Below, piece after piece: positions 29,968 to 39,664 of a stretch of DNA of 64,000 nt. Location: contig JBBIIG010000002.1 of NCBI GenBank assembly GCA_037446635.1, forward strand, positions 175,962-239,961, in the 5' to 3' direction. The notes beneath the pieces were generated by a model. That model was given only the letters and a program-made list of their open reading frames with translations. It had not been told where the DNA came from and made no database searches. The first letter of the stretch is position 1, and every line of letters begins with the position of its first letter. Source of the DNA: a bacterium. Its GTDB lineage: Bacteria; Zhuqueibacterota; Zhuqueibacteria; Oceanimicrobiales; Oceanimicrobiaceae. The position numbers and the translations under genes were made by a program.

Positions 29968-30821
29968 ACCGCCACGTCGAATTTGATGGGTTCGTGGTGG
30001 CGATAGCCCACCAGCTCGAAATCTTCGAATCGCAGTTCATCGATGGGCTTGTGGGCGATGCGCAATTGCGGCAGCGGCAGGGGGTCGCGCTTGAGCTGCT
30101 CTTTCAAGCCATCGATGTGATTGACGTAAATATGGGCATCGATGAGAGTGTGCGCCAGTTCGCCAACTTTCAGCCCAACTTGCTGCGCGATGAGCTGAGT
30201 CAGCAGCGCGTAACACGCAAGATTGAAGGGCACGCCGATGGCGAGATCGGCGCTGCGTTGGGTGAGGTGACAATTGAGCCGGCCGTCCTGGACATTCAGC
30301 ACCCAGGTCATGTGGCACGGCGGCAGCTTGCTCACTGCTGCGTTGGCCGGATGCCACGCCGTGATCACGATGCGCCGAGAGTTGGGATTATTTCTCAGCT
30401 CGTCAATGGCCCAGCCGACTTGATCGAAGGTAAGCGAGCCGTCCGCCTCGCGGTGCACGTGCGGATGAGATTCGTCCACGAAAACTTCTGCGCCGAGCGC
30501 CGCGCTTTTGGCCGGCACCGGGAAGCGCCGCCAGTAGCGGCCGTACGCGGTTTCAAGGTTGCCGTGTTCGTCGGCCCAGGCGTCCCAGATTTTGGTGTGT
30601 TGCTGCAACTCGCGAATGTGATCGGCGCCGGAGAGATACCACAGAACCTCCCACAGCATGGCGTTGAAGTTCACTTTTTTGGTGGTCAATAGCGGAAACC
30701 CTTCGGCGAGATCGACGCGATAAAACTCCGCGAAAGTGGCGATGGTATCGACGCCGGTGCGGTTGGATTTGCGGACGCCGCTCGTGAGAACTCGTTCAAC
30801 CAAATCTAAATAAACGCGCAT
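29964..30821 (-). CDS. thyA: Thymidylate synthase
   Basis: NRTGVDT, FPLLTTKKV, SRRI, LPPCH, QRSADLAIGVPFN, DAHIYVNH. Confidence 0.96.
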   Translation of the reverse strand: MRVYLDLVERVLTSGVRKSNRTGVDTIATFAEFYRVDLAEGFPLLTTKKVNFNAMLWEVLWYLSGADHIRELQQHTKIWDAWADEHGNLETAYGRYWRRFPVPAKSAALGAEVFVDESHPHVHREADGSLTFDQVGWAIDELRNNPNSRRIVITAWHPANAAVSKLPPCHMTWVLNVQDGRLNCHLTQRSADLAIGVPFNLACYALLTQLIAQQVGLKVGELAHTLIDAHIYVNHIDGLKEQLKRDPLPLPQLRIAHKPIDELRFEDFELVGYRHHEPIKFDVAV

Positions 30822-30925
30822 GATTTTCAACTTTGAATTTTTCGGCAAAAATATAGCCCGCCAATTTTTAACAAGCAATTGAAATGTGAAACGTGAGACG
30901 GTAGACGGCAGTAGTGACGATTAAT

Positions 30926-30958
30926 AAATGCCAGGCACTTTAAAAGTGCCTGGCATTT
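30926..30958. repeat. Palindrome with perfect 16-bp arms between divergent thyA and lysC
   Basis: AAATGCCAGGCACTTT-A-AAAGTGCCTGGCATTT. Confidence 0.7.
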
Positions 30959-31055
30959 CACTAGCATTTCACTTATCCCCTTACATGTCTGCCGAAAAAT
31001 CTGTTGCTTAAAAAAACCCATTTGAATATTTTACCCGGCAAAACGAGGAAGGCAA

Positions 31056-32393
31056 ATGAAGGTTTTAAAATTCGGCGGCACGTCCATCGGTACGCCGGAA
31101 AGAATGCAATCCGTGGCGCAACTGGTGACGCGCGAGCCGGAGGTGCTGGTTGTGCTCTCCGCGCTTTCAAAAACCACCGACAAGCTGCTGAAAATTGGCG
31201 CGGCGTTGGCGGAGAAAAAAGTTGCCGAGGCGCAAACGCTTATCGATGAACTCTACAAACATTACCAGCAATATGTCGAGGGTTTGTATAAAACTCTGCA
31301 GGGGCGCAAACAGGGCTGGAAGGAGGTCGAGCGCCATTTTGATCTGATTCGCGGCATGCCACGCGAGGTCTTCGATGATCGCAAAGCGCGCGTGCTGGTG
31401 GCGCAGGGCGAGCTGATGTCCACCGCGATGTTCCATCACTATTTGCAGGAACAGGGGATGCGCTCGGCGCTTTTGCCAGCGCTGGAGATGGTGCGGCTCG
31501 ATGACAACGGCGAGCCGGATTTAAATTTTCTGCGTTCCAACTTGCTGCGCATGATGCAAGAGCAGCAACCCGGCACGATCTTCGTCACGCAAGGATACAT
31601 TTGCCGCAACGCCTGGGGCGAGATTGATAACCTCAAGCGCGGCGGCAGCGACTACTCGGCCTCGCTGATGGGCGCCGCGCTGCGCTGTGAAGAAATTCAG
31701 ATCTGGACCGACATCGACGGCATGCACAACAACGATCCGCGTTACGTGAAAAACACCTATCCCATCCGCGAGCTGTCGTTTGACGAGGCGGCGGAGCTCG
31801 CGTACTTCGGCGCAAAAATTTTGCACCCTGCCAGCGTGCAGCCCGCGAAGATGTTCAATATTCCGGTGCGATTGCTAAACACGATGGAGCCGTCGGCGGA
31901 AGGCACTTTGATTGCCGACAAAACCGGCGCGGGTGACATCAAAGCGGTGGCGGCGAAAGACGGCATCACCGCGATCAACATCAAATCGTCACGCATGTTT
32001 TTGGCGTACGGATTTCTGCGGCGGGTCTTTGAGGTGTTCGAACGCTACAAAACACCGATCGATATGATCACCACCTCCGAGGTGGCGGTTTCGCTCACTA
32101 TCGACAATCCGCAGTATCTCAACGCGATCGTTTCCGAGCTCAAAGAATTTGGCGCGGTGGAAGTAGATACCCATCAGACCATCATTTGCGTGGTGGGAAA
32201 ATTCGCCGCTGAAAATCACGGCATTGCCGCGCGGGTGTTTGCGACGCTAAAGGATTTCCCGATTCGGATGATTTCCTACGGTGGCAGCCCCAACAATATT
32301 TCTATTTTGATTCGCACCGATCTCAAGCCGCAAGTGTTGGCGGCGTTGAATGAGGGATTGTTTGGAGGGGAGTTGGAAAGAAAAAAATATTAA
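31056..32393 (+). CDS. lysC: Aspartate kinase
   Basis: VLKFGGTS, RGGSDYSA, IWTDIDG, ELAYFGAKILHP and ACT domains. Confidence 0.95.
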   Translation: MKVLKFGGTSIGTPERMQSVAQLVTREPEVLVVLSALSKTTDKLLKIGAALAEKKVAEAQTLIDELYKHYQQYVEGLYKTLQGRKQGWKEVERHFDLIRGMPREVFDDRKARVLVAQGELMSTAMFHHYLQEQGMRSALLPALEMVRLDDNGEPDLNFLRSNLLRMMQEQQPGTIFVTQGYICRNAWGEIDNLKRGGSDYSASLMGAALRCEEIQIWTDIDGMHNNDPRYVKNTYPIRELSFDEAAELAYFGAKILHPASVQPAKMFNIPVRLLNTMEPSAEGTLIADKTGAGDIKAVAAKDGITAINIKSSRMFLAYGFLRRVFEVFERYKTPIDMITTSEVAVSLTIDNPQYLNAIVSELKEFGAVEVDTHQTIICVVGKFAAENHGIAARVFATLKDFPIRMISYGGSPNNISILIRTDLKPQVLAALNEGLFGGELERKKY

Positions 32394-32471
32394 GTGAATC
32401 CTTTAGTTAGATCACAACAACTTTCTCTTAATTATTTCTTCGTAATTGCTCCTCTTTAAGGGGCACTCATA

Positions 32472-32794
32472 TCATTCTGCGATGAATTCCTTTAACAAGC
32501 TTTTATACTTAAGCCATTCTTCTGAAAAGTGTCATCTTCCATCAAGTCGTCATAGAGTGATTCTATTTCGTGTTTCAAATTTTCAATAGCTGAATCGGGA
32601 TTATCGGAATAACCATAAAGAGGAAAATCAACAGTCTTAGAAATAACACCACCTTCATCACGATCCAATGTGATGAGAATAGGTTTTTTAGTTCTTTGTT
32701 GGGCAACGAGGTGATGTACAACGTCCGAGAACGCTGCAACGTCACAGTATCTGAGGCATTTGAAGAGACTTCTGACATGATGCTTCCTTTCCAT
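32472..32794 (-). CDS. Hypothetical protein, HicB-like antitoxin-type fold; apparent one-base deletion at 32525-32528
   Basis: LYGYSDNPDSAIENLKHEIESLYDDL. Adding one base gives the C-terminus FSEEWLKYKSLLKEFIAE*. AT-rich. Confidence 0.45.
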
Positions 32795-32848
32795 AAATTT
32801 TGAACATCAAAGAATATTAAAAAATAACGAAAAATTAAAGAGTAATTT

Positions 32849-34780
32849 TTGCAAAATTTGAATCACATCATTCTTGGCACCGCCGGCCACATCGACCACG
32901 GCAAAACCGCACTGGTGAAAGCCCTCACCGGCGTGGATACCGATCGCCTGAAAGAAGAAAAAGCGCGCGGCCTCACCATTGACCTGGGATTCGCCCATCT
33001 CAGCGAACACGCCACCATCATCGACGTGCCTGGCCACGAGAAATTCGTGCGCAACATGGTGGCGGGCGTCAGCACTATCGATCTCGTGCTGTTCGTCATC
33101 GCCGCGGACGACGGCATCATGCCGCAAACCCGCGAGCATCTCGATATCCTCAAAATTCTGCACATCCCGCGCGGCATCATCGTCATCACCAAAATCGATT
33201 TGGTGGAAGACGACTGGCTGGCGCTGATCAAAGAAGACATCCGCAAATTTGTTAAAGGCTCGTTTTTGGAAAACGCGCCGATAGCTGCCGTGTCGTCCAC
33301 GACCGGCACAGGAATCGCGGCGCTGCGCGAGATGATGGAGCAGCAGTTCGCCGAGCTGCGAGCGAAACCGGACAAAGGGGTCTTTTGGATGCCCGTCGAC
33401 CGCGCCTTCACCATGAAAGGCTTCGGCACCGTGGTGACGGGTTCCGTGCTTTCGGGCCGCGCGAAAGTGGGCGACACCCTCGAACTGCTGCCGCAGAAAT
33501 TATTGGTGAAAATTCGCGGACTGCAGCGCCACGGCAAGCCGGTGGAGCAGGTTGCCACCGGCGACCGCGCGGCCATCAATCTGGCAGGGATCGAGAAAAG
33601 CGCCATCGAGCGCGGGCACGTGCTGAGCGAGCCCAACTACGCTCATCCTTCCCAACGCTTCGATGTTAAAGTACACATGCTCAACTCGGCGCCGCGGCCG
33701 CTGAAATCAAAAATGCGCGTGCGGCTGCATTTCGGCACCACGGAGGTGATGGCGCGAGTAGCGATCATCGGCACGAGCCAAATCGCCGCCGGCGAAAACG
33801 GCTACGCGCAATTCCATCTCGAAAGATCGGCGGTGGCGCGGCGGCTCGATCCGTACGTCATTCGCCAGTATTCCCCCACCATCACCATCGGCGGCGGCGT
33901 GATTTTGGACGCCCACTCCGAAGGCCGCCGGCTCTCCGGACCCGACGTCATAAAAATCCTTCAGGAGTTGGAAAAAGAAAATCCCGCGGAAGTTTTGGAA
34001 AGCAGGCTGCGATCACAATTTTCGTTGTTTCCAATCGATCTGCTCAGCTCCGAAACCGGCGCCTCCAAAGAAGCGGTAAGCCAAATGATGGAAGAGCTGA
34101 TCAAAAATCAGAAAGCAATTTTGCTTAAAAAAGCCGGCCAGCCCGCCGCGGCGCACGCCGAAAATGTCAAACGCTTGAAAGAGGAAATTCAAACCCTTAT
34201 CGCCGATTTTCACCAGCGCCATCCCACCAAATTGGGACTCTACAAATCTGAACTGGCGAAGTCGCTGCAGTTTCCGGTGGACCTGGATTTGCTCGAATAC
34301 GCCATCGCGGATTTAGTGAAGGACGAAGTGCTGAAAGAAGAATCGGGACTACTCAGCCGCCGCGAACATCGCGTGCAGCTTTCATCGCAGCAGGAGGCGC
34401 TGCGCCAGAAAATCGAGCGGCTGCTTTTTGAGGAGGCCTTTGCGACGTCATCGGCGGAACAGATAGCCGAGAAGTTGCGAGAAAAACCAGGCGCGGTCAG
34501 CGAAGTGTTGCAGGTGATGCTCGCATTAGAGCAGATTCTGCGCGTTGAGACAGACATTTATTTTCACTTCAAAAGAGTTTCGGAGGCCCGTCAAATATTG
34601 GCCAATTTTTTCAAAGCAAACAAAGAGCTCACCGTCAGCCAGTTCAAAGACCTGCTTGCAACCAGCCGCAAATACGCCGTGCCGCTGCTGAATTATTTTG
34701 ATGGGCTGGGAATCACGGAACGAGTCGGCGACGTCCGCCTGCGCGGAAGCAACTTCGAGAAACTTGTTGAAAGTTTGTGA
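32849..34780 (+). CDS. selB: Selenocysteine-specific translation elongation factor
   Basis: [32 protein letters not shown] and C-terminal winged-helix [14 protein letters not shown]. Confidence 0.96.
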   Translation: MQNLNHIILGTAGHIDHGKTALVKALTGVDTDRLKEEKARGLTIDLGFAHLSEHATIIDVPGHEKFVRNMVAGVSTIDLVLFVIAADDGIMPQTREHLDILKILHIPRGIIVITKIDLVEDDWLALIKEDIRKFVKGSFLENAPIAAVSSTTGTGIAALREMMEQQFAELRAKPDKGVFWMPVDRAFTMKGFGTVVTGSVLSGRAKVGDTLELLPQKLLVKIRGLQRHGKPVEQVATGDRAAINLAGIEKSAIERGHVLSEPNYAHPSQRFDVKVHMLNSAPRPLKSKMRVRLHFGTTEVMARVAIIGTSQIAAGENGYAQFHLERSAVARRLDPYVIRQYSPTITIGGGVILDAHSEGRRLSGPDVIKILQELEKENPAEVLESRLRSQFSLFPIDLLSSETGASKEAVSQMMEELIKNQKAILLKKAGQPAAAHAENVKRLKEEIQTLIADFHQRHPTKLGLYKSELAKSLQFPVDLDLLEYAIADLVKDEVLKEESGLLSRREHRVQLSSQQEALRQKIERLLFEEAFATSSAEQIAEKLREKPGAVSEVLQVMLALEQILRVETDIYFHFKRVSEARQILANFFKANKELTVSQFKDLLATSRKYAVPLLNYFDGLGITERVGDVRLRGSNFEKLVESL

Positions 34781-34804
34781 AAAAAGTCTATTCTTTAAGA
34801 AGGA

Positions 34805-35003
34805 ATGAAGGTGGGTAAAAACAGGTTAAGGAATGAGAAGCTGGGCGGTTACTTCTATGATCTTTCCAAATACGCCGGCACAATTATCGTGATCGGGAAA
34901 TTTGTAAATCCTGCCATCCCTTGGATCAATTTTTTGGGGTGGCGCTTTTATTTGTCTTGCTTTGGCAATTTTCGCATATTTCCTTAACTCCAAAAGATTA
35001 TAA
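34805..35003 (+). CDS. Small two-TM membrane protein (DUF6722-like); apparent extra base at 34930-34939
   Basis: EKLGGYFYDLSKY. A shifted frame gives a clean TM segment GGAFICLALAIFAYFLNSKRL*. Confidence 0.5.
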
Positions 35004-35020
35004 CAAAATGTAAGGAAAAA

Positions 35021-35128
35021 ATGGATGCCTTTTTTATTGTTTTTGGGACTCTCACTTTATTTGCTGGAATTATGGCGTTATACGTTTACTTACAGGAAAA
35101 AAAGGAAAAAGCTAAGTCAAGCAAATAA
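35021..35128 (+). CDS. 35-aa single-TM micropeptide, copy 1
   Basis: MDAFFIVFGTLTLFAGIMALYVYLQEKKEKAKSSK*, with RBS AAGGA. Paralog at 35209. Confidence 0.6.
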   Translation: MDAFFIVFGTLTLFAGIMALYVYLQEKKEKAKSSK

Positions 35129-35208
35129 ATGATCGCGCGCAAAAGATTTCATACCAACGGTGTTCTCTTTCTACTTGTGCTGTTAAACCAAAGAATTGAG
35201 AGAAATCA

Positions 35209-35315
35209 ATGGACGCGTTTTTCATAGTTTTTGGTGGTTTGGCAGTTTTTGGAGCAATAATGGCTCTTTACATTTATCTCCAGGAAAAAAGGAAAGGGCA
35301 AAAACCAGCAAATAA
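35209..35315 (+). CDS. 35-aa single-TM micropeptide, copy 2 (reads through into selD as sequenced)
   Basis: MDAFFIVFGGLAVFGAIMALYIYLQEK. One added A at 35285-35290 gives ...KERAKTSK*, the same length as copy 1. Confidence 0.55.
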
Positions 35316-35316
35316 T

Positions 35317-36378
35317 ATGTCCAACCACTCGCGTGAAGAAATCTTTCGCCTGACGCACACCGTCGCTTGCGCGGGCTGAGCGTCCAAGCTCAGCCCAACG
35401 GAGTTGCGGCAGGTATTGGAGAAGCTTCCCAAAGCTTCGCATCCGGATCTGTTGGTGGGAGTGAACACCATTGACGACGCAGGCGTATTCCGTCTCAGCG
35501 CGGATCTGGCATTGGTGCAGACCGTCGATTTTTTCACCCCCATTGTCGATGATCCCTACACCTACGGCGCCATCGCTGCGGCCAACGCGCTTTCCGACGT
35601 TTACGCCATGGGCGGCGAACCGCTGACGGCGCTGAACATCGTTTGCTATCCGAGGGGTGTCGTGAGCGAAGAGATGCTCGGCGAAATTCTACGCGGCGGT
35701 TTCGATAAAGCCGCGGAGGCCGGCTGCCTGATCGTCGGCGGCCATTCGGTTGAGGATAAAGAAATGAAATACGGACTGGCAGTAACCGGCAAAATTCATC
35801 CGCAAAAAATTCTCACGAACGCCAATGCGCAGCCCGGCGATGCGCTGGTGCTGACCAAGCCGCTGGGCACCGGTATCGTCACCACCGCTTTTAAACTCGG
35901 CACCATATCGGACGAATTGTACCGGCAAGTCACTAATTCGATGTCGGCTTTGAACAACACGGCAGCGAAATTGGCGGTGGAATTTGGCGCGCACGCCTGC
36001 ACCGACATCACCGGCTTCGGCCTGCTGGGACACGCCTGGGGCATGGCGCGGGAAAGCAACGTCGGGCTGGTTTTCTACGCCAATCAGATGCCGATATTTG
36101 CCGGCGCCGAGGAGCTGGCGGCGCAAGGTTTTCTCACCAAAGGAGATCGCAGCAACCGCGAGTATTTGCAGGGCTGCGTGCAGATTGAAGAAAATCTTTC
36201 GGAAAATCGCGTGCGGATTTTGTTTGATCCCCAAACCTCCGGCGGGCTTTTGATTGCCATTTCTCCGCAGGTGGTGGAAGATTTCGTTGCGGAACTGCGG
36301 CGCGATGGTGTGCCGGAGGCACAAATTGTTGGCCGAGTTGCCAAAGAGAATCCGCAGCAGATTGCGGTGGTGTGGTAG
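35317..36378 (+). CDS. selD: Selenide, water dikinase (selenophosphate synthetase), selenoprotein with Sec21
   Basis: MSNHSREEIFRLTHTVACAG-U(TGA 35377-35379)-ASKL, then DDAGV, QTVDFFTPIVDDP, AANALSDVYAMG, DITGFGLLGH, DPQTSGGLL. Confidence 0.95.
35393..35410 (+). promoter_or_regulatory. Putative bacterial SECIS hairpin
   Basis: GCC-CAAC-GGA-GTTG-C-GGC stem-loop with G-leading loop, starting 14 nt after the in-frame UGA. Confidence 0.6.
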
Positions 36379-36448
36379 TAACGCAAACCTCTGGTTTGCG
36401 TCTCAAAGCAGAGCTTTGAGTTATAAAAATCGAAATTGAGGAGGCGGT

Positions 36449-37690
36449 ATGCCGAAAATCACTCAAAAACTCACCCGTGAACAACTGCGCGATCTGATTT
36501 TGAAAATTCCCAAAACCGATCTGCATGTGCATCTCGATGGTTCGCTGCGGCTTGAGACTCTCATCGAGTTGTCCCAAAAAGAAAATCTCAAACTGCCGAG
36601 CTACACGGTTGCCGGGCTCAATGAATTGGTGTTCAAAGAAAAATACGCCAACCTCGTGGAATATCTGAAAACCTTCGGCTTTTCCACCGCGGTGATGCAA
36701 AAGCCGGAATATCTCGAACGCATCGCCTACGAATTAGCATTGGATAACCAGGCCGAAGGCGTGCGCTACATCGAAGTGCGGTTTGCGCCGCAGCTTCACA
36801 TCAACAAGAACATGGATATGAAACAGGTGCTCGTCAGCGTGAACAAGGGGCTGGAGCGGGCGCAGAAGGAATTCAATCGTCAGAAGAAGATCGTGAATGG
36901 CAGCGAGCCGCCGTTTCATTACGGCATCATTGTATGCGCCTTGCGCGCGTTCGGAAAATACTCGGAGTATTACGCCAACTTCATCAACTCGTTGGCCTAT
37001 TCCGATGCCAAAGCCATCACCAGCCTCGGTTCGCTGGAGTTGGCGAAGGGCGCGGTGAAAATCCGCGACGAGGCCGGCTTGCCCATCGTGGGCTTCGATC
37101 TGGCCGGCGCGGAAAAAGGCAATCCTGCCAAAGATCACTGGGCGGCGTTTCAGTATGCGCACGAAAACTTCCTCGCGAAAACCGTGCACGCCGGCGAGGC
37201 CTACGGCCCGACTTCCATTTTTCAGGCCATCACCGAACTGCACGCCGACCGCATCGGCCACGGGCTATTTCTGTTCGACACCTCGAAGGTGGACGACAAG
37301 CGCGTCAAAGATAAGAAAAAATACGTGGCCGATCTCTGCCAGTACATCGCGGATCGCCGCGTGACCATCGAGGTGTGCCTCACCAGCAATTTGCAAACCA
37401 ATCCCACATGGAAAAACATCAAGCGCCACTCATTCAAAAAGATGATGGACCACGAGCTGAGCGCCACCATCTGCACCGACAACCGCACCGTCAGCAAAAC
37501 CACGGTCACCAACGAGATCCTGCTGGCGCTGGAAAATTTCAACGTCTCCCCCACGAAATTAAAGAACACGATTGTTTACGGCTTCAAGCGCAGTTTCTTC
37601 CCCAGCTCCTATTCCGTAAAGCGCGATTATGTGCGGCAGTGCATTGATTATTATGAGAAGGTGGTGCAGGGCACGCCGCTGGCGGCGTAG
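36449..37690 (+). CDS. add: Adenosine/adenine deaminase family protein
   Basis: PKTDLHVHLDGS, GFDLAGAE, TVHAGE, RIGHG, EVCLTSN, CTDN. Confidence 0.88.
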   Translation: MPKITQKLTREQLRDLILKIPKTDLHVHLDGSLRLETLIELSQKENLKLPSYTVAGLNELVFKEKYANLVEYLKTFGFSTAVMQKPEYLERIAYELALDNQAEGVRYIEVRFAPQLHINKNMDMKQVLVSVNKGLERAQKEFNRQKKIVNGSEPPFHYGIIVCALRAFGKYSEYYANFINSLAYSDAKAITSLGSLELAKGAVKIRDEAGLPIVGFDLAGAEKGNPAKDHWAAFQYAHENFLAKTVHAGEAYGPTSIFQAITELHADRIGHGLFLFDTSKVDDKRVKDKKKYVADLCQYIADRRVTIEVCLTSNLQTNPTWKNIKRHSFKKMMDHELSATICTDNRTVSKTTVTNEILLALENFNVSPTKLKNTIVYGFKRSFFPSSYSVKRDYVRQCIDYYEKVVQGTPLAA

Positions 37691-37819
37691 TTCCCCGCCT
37701 TGCCAAGGAGGGGGTGGTCCGTGAGAGGGTCTTGAAACGTAGCTGCTATTTATGTAGATTAAACCGCAGAGAAAAATGTGATCGAGCAGATACGAGAAAA
37801 AATTCTCCGACAAAAATAA

Positions 37820-38005
37820 AAGTATAGTCAAGTCAAGCTGTCGCTCCGGCACACTGCCGATGAATCGCTGCTGAAAGTGCGTTTGCTGATTCGCCTCTGC
37901 TACGTTCAAAAATTTATCTACACCGATTCGTATGAGTTGCTGCCCGGAGTTTAGATGAAATCGGCAAAATGTTAGGCGGCTGAATCAAGCAGCAGAGCGG
38001 GCAAA
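37820..38005 (+). pseudogene. C-terminal relic of an Avd-like four-helix-bundle gene (DGR accessory protein family)
   Basis: ADESLLKVRLLIRLCYVQKFI...SYE (frameshift) AARSLDEIGKMLGG*IKQQ. Matches the EIG[RK]MLGGW signature with W changed to stop. Confidence 0.55.
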
Positions 38006-38027
38006 ATGAAAACTGCGTTTGGAGTGG

Positions 38028-38147
38028 GGCTGTCCGAAAAGATGCATTTTTCTGTGCTTTTATCGCGCATCCAATTGGGAGACCGTAGAAGATTCCCGCC
38101 AAAAATATGCGGGCATGACAGCGGCTGTTTTGAACTTTTCAAAAGTC
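38028..38147. repeat. Degenerate copy of the 15367-15521 element
   Basis: GGCTGTCCGAAAA start and GATTCCCGCCAAAAATATGCGGGCATGAC. Confidence 0.5.
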
Positions 38148-38308
38148 TTCTGATTAGGGGGTTGTCATTGTACGGACGAGCTCCAGAGACATTTCCTGCT
38201 TTCTTCTATAAGAAGGTTAATTTATTCGTTCTTGCATGAAATATCAAATATCGAACAAGCAATGTCGAATGTTGAAATGAAAACCCACGAACATCTCAAT
38301 TCGCCAAT

Positions 38309-39664
38309 TTATTTTATCACCAGCTTATGATTCTTTCTTATCCGCACTCTTCTGTTGGTGGGAGCCTTCACCGCCCACTCGCAAATGCGCTCCACCGCGG
38401 TGGTGACATTGGGACAGTAGGTGCGGAGAAAATTTTCATTGAGTTCCTCGGAAAGCGGAATGCTTTGGGCCGCGGCCAGCGCGGCGCGGCCGTCAAAATC
38501 CACGTAGGCCATGCGAAACGCCAACTTGTGCTCGGGCCGGCCAAAGCATGCCCCCGGAATGGTGGCGACGCCGGTTTCTTCCAGCAGCCGTTCGCTCAAG
38601 GCGATGTTGTTGGAGATGCCCCGGCTGCGCAGATTGTCCCGCAGCGGCGAAAAACTCGGAAAGAGATAAAACGCGCCCTGCGGGTCGCGAACTTTAATGT
38701 TCGCCTGCCGCATTTGCGCCGCACAGTGGCGGCCCAGCGCCCGCAGAACGCGGCGGCACTGCACGAGGTAGTCTTCAATCTCCACACTGCCCTGAAAGGC
38801 GCTGACCGCCGCATATTGAATGGGCGCGCTGGTGGAGGTGTACATTTCGCTGGCCACCGCGGCCATGGCCTCCAGCAGCCAGCGCAAGGAGTCCGGGAAC
38901 GTGAACGTGCCCAAACGCCAGCCGCCGGCGCCGCACCATTTGCTCAATCCCGAGCTGAGGATCGTGCCTTGCGGATAAAACTCCGCGATGGAGCGGTGTT
39001 TCCCTTCGTGGTGAATCTCGCCGTAAATTTCATCCGAGAGCAAAACCAAATGATAGCGCTGGGCGAGCTCCGCCAATTCCTGTAGCTCATCCAAATCGTA
39101 GGTGTGGCCAATTGGATTATTGGGATAGTTTAAAATCAGAAGACGAGGCCGTTCCGGATCGTCTTCACAAAGCTCTTCCAACTCGTGCGGCATGAGTTTC
39201 CAGTTGTTGCGCGAATGCGTCGGCAGCCAGCGCACGTGCCGGCCGATAATCTGCGCTTGCGGGGCATACGAAACCCACGACGGCGTGGGAATCACCAGGT
39301 CGCCGTAATAGACGAGCTGCAAAATGAACATCAGCTCCTTTGAACCGGGGCCGATCAAAACGTTTTCCGGCGAGCGCTTGAGGCCGTGCTTGCGATAATG
39401 ATAATCGGTGATGGCTTCCCGCAGCGCGGGCAATCCTTTCACGGCTAAATAATCTTTTTGATGGGCGTTTTCTTTGAGGGCTTCCACCACGGGGCGCGGC
39501 ACCGGAAACGGCGATTGTCCCAAACCCATTTTAAAAATTTTTCGACCCTGTCGAATTAGTTCTGCGCTGAGTTCATTGATGGAGAGCGTGGCGGAGGGTT
39601 CGAGGCCGCGCACGTTTAAGTTGACCGAAGGCAGAATACCGGAGCTGGAGGTGTAGTTGTTCAT
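38309..39664 (-). CDS. PLP-dependent aminotransferase class I/II (aspartate aminotransferase-like)
   Basis: GLGQSPFP, GPGSKE, NYPNNPIG, SDEIY, GLSKWCGAGGWRLG. Confidence 0.9.
   Translation of the reverse strand: MNNYTSSSGILPSVNLNVRGLEPSATLSINELSAELIRQGRKIFKMGLGQSPFPVPRPVVEALKENAHQKDYLAVKGLPALREAITDYHYRKHGLKRSPENVLIGPGSKELMFILQLVYYGDLVIPTPSWVSYAPQAQIIGRHVRWLPTHSRNNWKLMPHELEELCEDDPERPRLLILNYPNNPIGHTYDLDELQELAELAQRYHLVLLSDEIYGEIHHEGKHRSIAEFYPQGTILSSGLSKWCGAGGWRLGTFTFPDSLRWLLEAMAAVASEMYTSTSAPIQYAAVSAFQGSVEIEDYLVQCRRVLRALGRHCAAQMRQANIKVRDPQGAFYLFPSFSPLRDNLRSRGISNNIALSERLLEETGVATIPGACFGRPEHKLAFRMAYVDFDGRAALAAAQSIPLSEELNENFLRTYCPNVTTAVERICEWAVKAPTNRRVRIRKNHKLVIK

Noticed and set aside
30880..31055. 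Lysine riboswitch upstream of lysC
   Set aside because: The leader is short and AT-rich and lacks recognisable L-box elements; only a simple palindrome is present.
35404..36378. selD starting at 35404, or selD as a pseudogene
   Set aside because: The upstream in-frame TGA is at the catalytic Sec position, with a SECIS-like hairpin and selB nearby.
38006..38239. 77-aa ORF MKTAFG...
   Set aside because: It mostly translates a degenerate palindromic repeat and has no protein-like features.
37700..38300. Active diversity-generating retroelement
   Set aside because: No reverse transcriptase and no TR/VR pair differing at adenines were seen; only a broken Avd-like fragment.
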